Positions 1-12,444 of a DNA stretch of 64,000 nt are shown piece by piece (the first letter of the stretch is position 1; the number at the start of each line of letters is the position of its first letter). The notes below the pieces were generated by a model. It did no database searches. It saw nothing but the letters and a program-made list of their open reading frames with translations, and had not been told where the DNA came from. A program made the translations under genes and the position numbers. This DNA is from Eledone cirrhosa (lineage: Eukaryota): positions 331,452,001 to 331,516,000 of the forward strand of contig OZ024742.1 in the NCBI GenBank assembly GCA_964016885.1, written 5' to 3'.

Positions 1-3000
1 TTGGGGTGAACACTGAACACTGAATATTGAAGGTTATTTTTGGCAGAAGAGAGGATTTAGTGGCAGTTTGGGTGAACACTGAATATTGAAGGTTATTTTT
101 GGCAGAAGAGAGGATTTAGTGGCAGTTGGGGTGAACACTGAAGACTGAATATTGAAGGTTATTTTTGGCAGAAGAGAGGATTTAGTGGCAGTTGGGGTGA
201 ACACTGAACACTGAATATTGAATATTGAAGGTTATTTTTGCAGAAGGGAGGATTTAGTGGCAGTTGGGGTGAACACTGAACACTGAATATTGAAGGTTAT
301 TTTTGGCAGAAGAGAGGATTTAGTGGCATTTGGGGTGAACACTGAACACTGAACACTGAATATTGAAGGTTATTTTTGGCAGAAGAGAGGATTTAGTGGC
401 AGTTGGGGTGAACACTGAACACTGAATATTGAATATTGAAGGTTATTTTTGCAGAAGAGAGGATTTAGTGGCAGTTGGGGTGAACACTGAACACTGAATA
501 TTGAATATTGAAGGTTATTTTTGCAGAAGAGATGATCTAGTGGCAGTTGGGGTTAATACTGAACACTGAATATTGAATATTGAAGGTTATTTTTGCAGAA
601 GAGAGGATTTAGTGGCAGTTGGGATGAACACTGAACACTGAATATTGAATATTGAAGGTTATTTTTGCAGAAGAGAGGATTTAGTGGCAGTTGGGGTGAA
701 CAATGAACACTGAATATTGAATATTGAAGGTTATTTTTGCAGAAGAGAGGATTTAGTGGCAGTTAAGGTGAACACTGAACATTGAATTTTGAATATTGAA
801 GGTTATTTTTGGCAGAAGAGAGGATTTAGTGGCAGTTGGGGAGAACACTGAACAGTGAACACTGAATATTGAAGGTTATTTTTGGCAGAAGAGAGGATTT
901 AGTGGCAGTTGGGGTGAAAACTGAACACTGAATATTGAAGGATATTTTTGGCAGAAGAGAGGATTTAGTGGCAGTTGGGATGAACACTGAACATTGAATA
1001 TTGAATTTTGAAGGTTATTTTTGGCAGAAGAGAGGATTTAGTGGCAGTTGGGGTGAGCACTGAACACTGAATATTGAATATTGAAGGTTATTTTTGCAGA
1101 AGAGAGGATTTAGTGGCAGTTGGGGTGAACACTTAACACTGAATATTGAAGGTTATTTTTGGCAGAAGAGAGGATTTAGTGGCATTTGGGGTGAACACTG
1201 AACACTGAACACTGAATATTGAAGGTTATTTTTGGCAGAAGAGAGGATTTAGTGGCAGTTGGGGTGAACACTGAACATTGAATATTGAAGGTTATTTTTG
1301 GCAGACGAGAGGATTTAGTGGCAATTGGGGTGAACACTGAACCCTGAACACTGAATATTGAAGGTTATTTTTGGCAGAAGAGAGGATTTAGTGGCAGTTG
1401 GGGTGAACACTGAACACTGAACACTGAATATTGAAGGTTATTTTTGCAGAAGAGAGGATTTAGTGGCAGTTAGGGTGAACACTGAACAATGAACACTGAA
1501 TATTGAAGGTTATTTTTGGCAGAAGAGAGGATTTAGTGGCAGTTGGGGTGAACACTGAACACTGAATATTGAATATTGAAGGTTATTTTTGCAGAAGAGA
1601 GGATTTATTGGCAGTTGGGGTGAACAGTGAACACTGAATATTGAAGGTTATTTTTGGCAGAAGAGAGGATTTAGTGGCAGTTGGGGTGAAAACTGAACAC
1701 TGAATATTGAAGGATATTTTGGCAGAAGAGAGGATTTAGTGGCAGTTGGGATGAACACTGAACACTGAACACTTAATATTGAAGGTTATTTTTGGCAGAA
1801 GAGAGTATTTAGTGGGATTTGGGGTGAACACTGAGCACTGAACACTGAATATTGAAGGTTATTTTTGGCAGAAGAGAGGATTTGGTGGCATTTGGGGTGA
1901 ACACTAAACACTGATCACTGAACACTGAATATTGAAGGTTATTTTTGGCAGAAGAGAGGATTTAGTGGCAGTTGGGGTGAACACTGAACACTGAACACTG
2001 AATATTGAAGGTTATTTTTGTCAGAAGAGAGGATTTAGTGGCAGTTGGGGTGAACACTGAACACTGAATATTGAAGGTTATTTTTGGCAGAAGAGAGGAT
2101 TTAGTGGCAGTTTGGGTGAATACTGAATATTGAAGGTTATTTTTGGCAGAAGAGAGGATTTAGTGGCAGTTGGGGTGAACACTGAAGACTGAATATTGAA
2201 GGTTATCTTTGGCAGAAGAGAGGATTTAGTGGCAGTTGGGGTGAACACTGAACAGTGAAAATTGAAGGTTATTTTTCCAGAAGAGAGGATTTAGTGGCCG
2301 TTGCGGTGAACACTGAACACTGAATATTGAATATTGAAGGTTATTTTTGCAGAAGAGAGGATTTAGTGGCAATTGGGGTGAACACTGAACACTGAACACT
2401 GAATATTGAAGGTTATTTTTGCAGAAGAGAGGATTTAGTGGCAGTTGGAGTGAACACTGAACACTGAATATTGAATATTGAAGGTTATTTTTGCAGAAGA
2501 GAGGATTTAGTGGCAGTTGGGGTGAACACTGAACACTGAATATTGAATATTGAAGGTTATTTTTGCAGAAGAGAGGATTTAGTGGCAGTTGGGGTGAACA
2601 CTGAACACTGAATATTGAATATTGAAGGTTATTTTTGCAGAAGAGAGGATTTAGTGGCAGTTGGGATTAACACTGAACACTGAATATTGAATATTGAAGG
2701 TTATTTTTGCAGAAGAGAGGATTTAGTGGCAGTTGGGATGAACACTGAACACTGAATATTGAATATTGAAGGTTATTTTTGCAGAAGAGAGGATTTAGTG
2801 GCAGTTGGGGTGAACACTGAACACTGAATATTGAATATTGAAGGTTATTTTTGCAGAAGAGAGGATTTAGTGGCAGTTAAGGTGAACACTGAACATTGAA
2901 TTTTGAATTTTGAAGGTTATTTTTGGCAGAAGAGAGGATTTAGTGGCAGTTGGGGTGAACACTGAACAGTGAACACTGAATATTGAAGGTTATTTTTGGC

Positions 3001-4000
3001 AGAAGAGAGGATTTTGTGGCAGTTGGGGTGAACACTGAACACTGAATGTTGAAGGATATTTTTGGCAGAAGAGAGGATTTAGTGGCAGTTGGGATGAACA
3101 CTGAACATTGAATATTGAATTTTGAAGGTTATTTTTGGCAGAAGAGAGGATTTAGTGGCAGTTGGGGTGAACACTGAACACTGAATATTGAATATTGAAG
3201 GTTATTTTTGCAGAAGAGAGGATTTAGTGGCAGTTGGGGTGAACACTGAACACTGAATATTGAAGGTTATTTTTGGCAGAAGAGAGGATTTAGTGGCATT
3301 TGGGGTGAACACTGAACACTGAACACTTAATATTGAAGGTTATTTTTGGCAGAAGAGAGGATTTAGTGGCAGTTGGGGTGAACACTGAACACTGAATATC
3401 AAAGGTTATTTTTCCAGAAGAGAGGATTTAGTGGCCGTTGCGGTGAACACTAAACACTGAATATTGAATATTGAAGGTTATTTTTGCAGAAGAGAGGATT
3501 TAGTGGCAGTTGGGGTGAACACTGAACACTGAATATTGAAGGTTATTTTTGGCAGAAGAGAGGATTTAGTGGCAGTTGGGGTGAACACTGAACAGTGAAC
3601 ACTGAATATTGAAGGTTATTTTTGTCAGAAGAGAGGATTTAGTGGCAGTTGGGGTGAACACTGAACACTGAATATTGAAGGTTATTTTTGGCAGAAGAGA
3701 GGATTTAGTGGCAGTTTGGGTGAACACTGAATATTGAAGGTTATTTTTGGCAGAAGAGAGGATTTAGTGGCAGTTGGGGTGAACACTGAACACTGAATAT
3801 TGAGGGTTATTTTTGGCAGAAGAGAGGATTTAGTGGCAGTTGGGGTGAACACTGAACACTGAACACTGAATATTGAAGGTTATTTTTGGCAGAAGAGAGG
3901 ATTTAGTGGCAGTTGGGGTGAACACTGAACATTGAACACTGAATATTGAAGGTTATTTTTGGCAGAAGAGAGGATTTAGTGGCAGTTGGGGTGAACACTG
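1..4000 (+). repeat. Satellite domain 1: most heterogeneous layer, with a diverged higher-order repeat of about 2.1 kb
   Basis: Many singleton variants. Markers GTTAAGGTG (about 762 and 2876) and GAAGGATAT (about 937 and 3051) recur at a 2114-bp offset, but the two copies differ at 8 or more positions over about 500 bp. Boundary approximate. Confidence 0.7.
2523..2594 (+). repeat. Representative 72-bp consensus monomer (type A: 2x TGAACAC + 2x TGAATAT + single-G core)
   Basis: Read directly: TGAACACTGAACACTGAATATTGAATATTGAAGGTTATTTTTGCAGAAGAGAGGATTTAGTGGCAGTTGGGG. Composition 23 A, 22 T, 21 G, 6 C. Its reverse complement gives the 24-aa unit SPQLPLNPLFCKNNLQYSIFSVQC seen throughout the ORF track. 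Confidence 0.97.
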
Positions 4001-5049
4001 AACACTGAATATTGAATATTGAAGGTTATTTTTGCAGAAGAGAAGATTTAGTGGCAGTTGGGGTGAACACTGAACACTGAATATTGAAGGTTATTTTTGG
4101 CAGAAGAGATGATTTAGTGGCAGTTGGGGTGAACACTGAACACTGAATATTGAAGGTTATTTTTCCAGAAGAGAGGATTTAGTGGCCGTTGCGGTGAACA
4201 CTGAACACTGAATATTGAATATTGAAGGTTATGTTTGCAGAAGACAGGATTTAGTGGCCGTTGCGCGAAACACTGAACACTGAATATTGAATATTGAAGG
4301 TTATTTTTGCAGAAGAGAGGATTTAGTGGCAATTGGGGTGAACACTGAACACTGAATATTGAAGGTTATTTTTGCAGAAGAGAGGATTTAGTGGCAGTTG
4401 GAGTGAACACTGAACACTGAATATTGAATATTGAAGGTTATTTTTTCAGAAGAGAGGATTTGGTGGCAGTTGGGGTTAACACTGAACACTGAATATTGAA
4501 TATTGAAGGTTATTTTTGCAGAAGAGAGGATTTAGTGGCAGTTGGGGTGAACACTGAACACTGAATATTGAATATTGAAGGTTATTTTTGCAGAAGAGAG
4601 GATTTAGTGGCAGTTGGGGTGAACACTGAACACTGAATATTGAAGGTTATTTTTGGCAGAAGAGAGGATTTAGTGGCAGTTGGGGTGAATACTGAACACT
4701 GAACACTGAATATTGAAGGTTAGTTTTGGCAGAAGAGAGGATTTAGTGGCAGTTGGGGTGAACATTGAACATTGAATTTTGAATATTGAAGGTTATTTTT
4801 GGCAGAAGAGAGGATTTAGTGGCAGTTGGGGTGAACACTAAACACTGGACACTGAATATTGAAGGTTATTTTTGCAGAAGAGAGGATTTAGTGGCAGTTG
4901 GGGTGAACACTGAACACTGAACACTGAATATTGAAGGTTATTTTTGGCAGAAGAGAGGATTTAGTGGCAGATGATGTGAACACTGAACATTGAATTTTGA
5001 ATATTGAAGGTTATTTTTGGCAGAAGAGAGGATTTAGTGGCAGTTGGCG

Positions 5050-7070
5050 TGAACACTGAACAGTGAACACTGAATATTGAAGGTTATTTTTGGCAGAAGA
5101 GAGGATTTAGTGGCAGTTGGGGTGAACACTGAACACTGAATATTGAATATTGAAGGTTATTTTTGCAGAAGAGAAGATTTAGTGGCAGTTGGGGTGAACA
5201 CTGAACACTGAATATTGAAGGTTATTTTTGGCAGAAGAGAGGATTTAGTGGCAGTTGGGGTGAACACTGAACACTGAATATTGAAGGTTATTTTTCCAGA
5301 AGAGAGGATTTAGTGTCCGTTGCGGTGAACAATGAACACTGAATATTGAATATTGAAGGTTATTTTTGCAGAAGACAGGATTTAGTGGCCGTTGCGGTGA
5401 ACACTGAACACTGAATATTGAATATTGAAGGTTATTTTTGCAGAAGAGAGGATTTAGTGGCAATTGGGGTGAACACTGAACACTGAATATTGAAGGTTAT
5501 TTTTGCAGAAGAGAGGATTTCGTGGCAGTTGGAGTGAACACTGAACACTGAATATTGAATATTGAAGGTTATTTTTTCAGAAGAGAGGATTTAGTGGCAG
5601 TTGGGGTGAACACTGAACACTGAATATTGAATATTGAAGGGTATTTTTGCAGAAGAGAGGATTTAGTGGCAGTTGGGGTGAACACTGAACACTGAATATT
5701 GAATATTGAAGGTTATTTTTGCAGAAGAGAGGATTTAGTGGCAGTTGGGGTTAACACTGAACACTGAATATTGAATATTGAAGGTTATTTTTGCAGAAGA
5801 GAGGATTTAGTGGCAGTTGGGGTGAATACTGAACACTGAATATTGAATATTGAAGGTTATTTTTGCAGAAGAGAGGATTTAGTGGCAGTTGGGATGAACA
5901 CTGAACACTGAATATTGAATATTGAAGGTTATTTTTGCAGAAAAGAGGATTTAGTGGCAGTTGGGGTGAACAATGAACACTGAATATTGAATGTTGAAGG
6001 TTATTTTTGCAGGAAATGATTTAGTGGCACTTGGGGTGAACACTGAACATTGAACACTGAATATTGAAGGTTATTTTCGGCAGAAGAGAAGATTTAGTGG
6101 CAGTTGGGGTGAACACTGAACAGTGAACACTGAATATTGAAGGTTATTTTTGGCAGAAGAGAGGATTTAGTGGCAGTTGGGGTGAACACTGAACACTGAA
6201 TATTGAATATTGAAGGTTATTTTTGCAGAAGAGAAGATTTAGTGGCAGTTGGGGTGAACACTGAACACTGAATATTGAAGGTTATTTTTGGCAGAAGAGA
6301 GGATTTAGTGGCAGTTGGGGTGAACACTGAACACTGCATATTGAAGGTTATTTTTCCAGAAGAGAGGATTTAGTGTCCGTTGCGGTGAACAATGAACACT
6401 GAATATTGAATATTGAAGGTTATTTTTGCAGAAGACAGGATTTAGTGGCCGTTGCGGTGAACACTGAACACTGAATATTGAATATTGAAGGTTATTTTTG
6501 CAGAAGAGAGGATTTAGTGGCAATTGGGGTGAACACTGAACACTGAATATTGAAGGTTATTTTTGCAGAAGAGAGGATTTCGTGGCAGTTGGAGTGAACA
6601 CTGAACACTGAATATTGAATATTGAAGGTTATTTTTTCAGAAGAGAGGATTTAGTGGCAGTTGGGGTGAACACTGAACACTGAATATTGAATATTGAATG
6701 TTATTTTTGCAGAAGAGAGGATTTAGTGGCAGTTGGGGTGAACACTGAACACTGAATATTGAATATTGAAGGTTATTTTTGCAGAAGAGAGGATTTAGTG
6801 GCAGTTGGGGTTAACACTGAACACTGAATATTGAATATTGAAGGTTATTTTTGCAGAAGAGAGGATTTAGTGGCAGTTGGGGTGAATACTGAACACTGAA
6901 TATTGAATATTGAAGGTTATTTTTGCAGAAGAGAGGATTTAGTGGCAGTTGGGATGAACACTGAACACTGAATATTGAATATTGAAGGTTATTTTTGCAG
7001 AAAAGAGGATTTAGTGGCAGTTGGGGTGAACAATGAACACTGAATATTGAATGTTGAAGGTTATTTTTGC
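5050..7070 (+). repeat. Near-tandem higher-order duplication, offset 1060 bp (about 5050-6010 vs 6110-7070)
   Basis: ORF starts 5245 and 6305 differ by 1060. Rare variants GTGTCCGTTGCGG, GAAGACAGG, TTTCGTGG and TTTTTTCAG occur in the same order in both copies. Confidence 0.8.
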
Positions 7071-10000
7071 AGAAGAGAGGATTTAGTGGCAGTTGGGATG
7101 AACACTGAACACTGAACACTGAATATTGAAGGTTATTTTTGGCAGAAGAGAGGATTTAGTGGCAGTTGGGGTGAACACTAAACACTGAACACTGAATATT
7201 GAAGGTTATTTTTGCAGGAAATGATTTAGTGGCAGTTGGGGTGAACACTGAACACTGAACACTGAATATTGAAGGTTATTTTTGGCAGAAAAGAAGATTT
7301 AGTGGCAGTTGGGGTGAACACTGAACATTGAATTTTGAATATTGAAGGTTATTTTTGGCAGAAGAGAGGATTTAGTGGCAGTTGGGGTGAACACTGAACA
7401 GTGAACACTGAATATTGAAGGTTATTTTTGGCAGAAGAGAGGATTTAGTGGCAGTTGGGGTGAACACTGAACACTGAATATTGAATATTGAAGGTTATTT
7501 TTGCAGAAGAGAAGATTTAGTGGCAGTTGGGGTGAACACTGAACAATGAATAGTGAAGGTTATTTTTGGCAGAAGAGAGGATTTAGTGGCAGTTGTGGTG
7601 AACACTGAACACTGAACACTGAATATTGAAGGTTATTTTTGGCAGAAGAGAGGATTTAGTGGCATTTGGGGTGAACACTGAACACTGAACACTGAATATT
7701 GAAGGTTATTTTTGCAGAAGAGAGGATTTAGTGGGAGTTGGGGTTAACACTGAACACTGAATATTGAATAGTGAAGGTTATTTTTGCAGAAGAGAGGATT
7801 TAGTGGCAGTTGGGATGAACACTGAACACTGAATATTGAATATTGAAGGTTATTTTTGCAGAAAAGAGGATTTAGTGGCAGTTGGGGTGAACAATGAACA
7901 CTGAATATTGAATGTTGAAGGTTATTTTTGCAGAAGAGAGGATTTAGTGGCAGTTGGGATGAACACTGAACACTGAACACTGAATATTGAAGGTTATTTT
8001 TGGCAGAAGAGAGGATTTAGTGGCAGTTGGGGTGAACACTAAACACTGAACACTGAATATTGAAGGTTATTTTTGCAGGAAATGATTTAGTGGCAGTTGG
8101 GGTGAACACTGAACACTGAACACTGAATATTGAAGGTTATTTTTGGCAGAAGAGAAGATTTAGTGGCAGTTGGGGTGAACACTGAACAATGAATAGTGAA
8201 GGTTATTTTTGGCAGAAGAGAGGATTTAGTGGCAGTTGTGGTGAACACTGAACACTGAACACTGAATATTGAAGGTTATTTTTGGCAGAAGAGAGGATTT
8301 AGTGGCATTTGGGGTGAACACTGAACACTGAACACTGAATATTGAAGGTTATTTTTGGCAGAAGAGAGGATTTAGTGTCAGTTGGGGTGAACACTGAACA
8401 CTGAATATTGAATATTGAAGGTTATATTTGCAGAAGAGAAGATTTAGTGGCAGTTGGGGTGAACACTGAACACTGAACATTGAAGGTTATTTTTGGCAGA
8501 AGAGAGGATTTAGTGGCAGTTGGGGTGAACACTGAACACTGAATATTGAAGGTTATTTTTCCAGAAGAGAGGATTTAGTGGCCGTTGCGGTGAACACTGA
8601 ACTCTGAATATTGAATATTGAAGGATTTTTTTGCAGAAGAGAGGATTTAGCGGCTGTTGCGGTGAACACTGAACACTGAATATTGAATATTGAAGGTTAT
8701 TTTTGCAGAAGAGAGGATTTAGTGGCAATTGGGGTGAACACTGAACACTGAATGTTGAAGGTTATTTTTGCAGAAGAGAGGATTTAGTGGCCGTTGCGGT
8801 GAACACTGAACATTGAATATTGAAGGTTATTTTTGCAGAAGAGAGGATTTAGTGGCAGTTGGGGTCAACACTGAACACTGAATATTGAATATTGAAGGTT
8901 ATTTTTGCAGAAGAGAGGATTTAGTGGCTGTTCGGGTGAACACTGAACACTGAATATTGAATATTGAAGGTTATTTTTGTAGAAGAGAGGATTTAGTGGC
9001 AGTTGGGATGAACACTGAACACTGAATATTGAATATTGAAGGTTATTTTTGCAGAAGAGAGGATTTAGAGTCAGTTGGGGTGAACACTGAACACTGAATA
9101 TTGAAGGTTATTTTTGCAGAAGAGAGGATTTCGTGGCAGTTGGAGTGAACACTGAACACTGAATATTGAATATTGAAGGTTATTTTTTCAGAAGAGAGGA
9201 TTTAGTGGCAGTTGGGGTGAACACTGAACACTGAATATTGAATATTGAAGGTTATTTTTGCAGAAGAGAGGATTTAGTGGCAGTTGGGGTGAACACTGAA
9301 CACTGAATATTGAATATTGAAGGTTATTTTTGCAGAAGAGAGGATTTAGTGGCAGTTGGGGTTAACACTGAACACTGAATATTGAATATTGAAGGTTATT
9401 TTTGCAGAAGAGAGGATTTAGTGGCAGTTGGGGTGAATACTGAACACTGAATATTGAATATTGAAGGTTATTTTTGCAGAAGAGAGGATTTAGTGGCAGT
9501 TGGGATGAACACTGAACACTGAATATTGAATATTGAAGGTTATTTTTGCAGAAAAGAGGATTTAGTGGCAGTTGGGATGAACAATGAACACTGAATATTG
9601 AATGTTGAAGGTTATTTTTGCAGAAGAGAGGATTTAGTGGCAGTTGGGATGAACACTGAACACTGAACACTGAATATTGAAGGTTATTTTTGCAGGAAAT
9701 GATTTAGTGGCAGTTGGGGTGAACACTGAACACTGAACACTGAATATTGAAGGTTATTTTTGGCAGAAGAGAAGATTTAGTGGCAGTTGGGGTGAACACT
9801 GAACATTGAATTTTGAATATTGAAGGTTATTTTTGGCAGAAGAGAGGATTTAGTGGCAGTTGGGGTGAACACTGAACAGTGAACACTGAATATTGAAGGT
9901 TATTTTTGGCAGAAGAGAGGATTTAGTGGCAGTTGGGGTGAACACTGAACACTGAATATTGAATATTGAAGGTTATTTTTGCAGAAGAGAAGATTTAGTG

Positions 10001-12444
10001 GCAGTTGGGGTGAACACTGAACAATGAATAGTGAAGGTTATTTTTGGCAGAAGAGAGGATTTAGTGGCAGTTGTGGTGAACACTGAACACTGAACACTGA
10101 ATATTGAACGTTATTTTTGGCAGAAGAGAGTATTTAGTGGCATTTGGGGTGAACACTGAACACTGAACACTGAATATTGAAGGTTATTTTTGCAGAAGAG
10201 AGGATTTAGTGGCAGTTGGGGTTAACACTGAACACTGAATATTGAATATTGAAGGTTATTTTTGCAGAAGAGAGGATTTAGTGGCAGTTGGGGTGAATAC
10301 TGAACACTGAATATTGAATATTGAAGGTTATTTTTGCAGAAGAGAGGATTTAGTGGCAGTTGGGATGAACACTGAACACTGAATATTGAATATTGAAGGT
10401 TATTTTTGCAGAAAAGAGGATTTAGTGGCAGTTGGGGTGAACAATGAACACTGAATATTGAATGTTGAAGGTTATTTTTGCAGAAGAGAGGATTTAGTGG
10501 CAGTTGGGATGAACACTGAACACTGAACACTGAATATTGAAGGTTATTTTTGGCAGAAGAGAGGATTTAGTGGCAGTTGGGGTGAACACTAAACACTGAA
10601 CACTGAATATTGAAGGTTATTTTTGCAGGAAATGATTTAGTGGCAGTTGGGGTGAACACTGAACACTGAACACTGAACACTGAATATTGAAGGTTATTTT
10701 TGGCAGAAGAGAAGATTTAGTGGCAGTTGGGGTGAACACTGAACATTGAATTTTGAATATTGAAGGTTATTTTTGGCAGAAGAGAGGATTTAGTGGCAGT
10801 TGGGGTGAACACTGAACAGTGAACACTGAATATTGAAGGTTATTTTTGGCAGAAGAGAGGATTTAGTGGCAGTTGGGGTGAACACTGAACAGTGAACACT
10901 GAATATTGAAGGTTATTTTTGGCAGAAGAGAGGATTTAGTGGCAATTGGGGTGAACACTGAACACTGAATGTTGAAGGTTATTTTTGCAGAAGAGAGGAT
11001 TTAGTGGCCGTTGCGGTGAACACTGAACATTGAATATTGAAGGTTATTTTTGCTGAAGAGAGGATTTAGTGGCAGTTGGGGTCAACACTGAACACTGAAT
11101 ATTGAATATTGAAGGTTATTTTTGCAGAAGAGAGGATTTAGTGGCTGTTGGGTTGAACACTGAACACTGAATATTGAATATTGAAGGTTATTTTTGTAGA
11201 AGAGAGGATTTAGTGGCAGTTGGGATGAACACTGAACACTGAATATTGAATATTGAAGGTTATTTTTGCAGAAGAGAGGATTTAGAGTCAGTTGGGGTGA
11301 ACACTGAACACTGAATATTGAAGGTTATTTTTGCAGAAGAGAGGATTTCGTGGCAGTTGGAGTGAACACTGAACACTGAATATTGAATATTGAAGGTTAT
11401 TTTTTCAGAAGAGAGGATTTAGTGGCAGTTGGGGTGAACACTGAACACTGAATATTGAATATTGAAGGTTATTTTTGCAGAAGAGAGGATTTAGTGGCAG
11501 TTGGGGTGAACACTGAACACTGAATATTGAATATTGAAGGTTATTTTTGCAGAAGAGAGGATTTAGTGGCAGTTGGGGTTAACACTGAACACTGAATATT
11601 GAATATTGAAGGTTATTTTTGCAGAAGAGAGGATTTAGTGGCAGTTGGGGTGAATACTGAACACTGAATATTGAATATTGAAGGTTATTTTTGCAGAAGA
11701 GAGGATTTAGTGGCAGTTGGGATGAACACTGAACACTGAATATTGAATATTGAAGGTTATTTTTGCAGAAAAGAGGATTTAGTGGCAGTTGGGGTGAACA
11801 ATGAACACTGAATATTGAATGTTGAAGGTTATTTTTGCAGAAGAGAGGATTTAGTGGCAGTTGGGATGAACACTGAACACTGAACACTGAATATTGAAGG
11901 TTATTTTTGCAGGAAATGATTTAGTGGCAGTTGGGGTGAACACTGAACACTGAACACTGAATATTGAAGGTTATTTTTGGCAGAAGAGAAGATTTAGTGG
12001 CAGTTGGGGTGAACACTGAACATTGAATTTTGAATATTGAAGGTTATTTTTGGCAGAAGAGAGGATTTAGTGGCAGTTGGGGTGAACACTGAACACTGAA
12101 TATTGAATATTGAAGGTTATTTTTGCAGAAGAGAAGATTTAGTGGCAGTTGGGGTGAACACTGAACAATGAATAGTGAAGGTTATTTTTGGCAGAAGAGA
12201 GGATTTAGTGGCAGTTGTGGTGAACACTGAACACTGAACACTGAATATTGAACGTTATTTTTGGCAGAAGAGAGGATTTAGTGGCATTTGGGGTGAACAC
12301 TGAACACTGAACACTGAATATTGAAGGTTATTTTTGCAGAAGAGAGGATTTAGTGGCAGTTGGGGTTAACACTGAACACTGAATATTGAATATTGAAGGT
12401 TATTTTTGCAGAAGAGAGGATTTAGTGGCAGTTGGGGTGAATAC

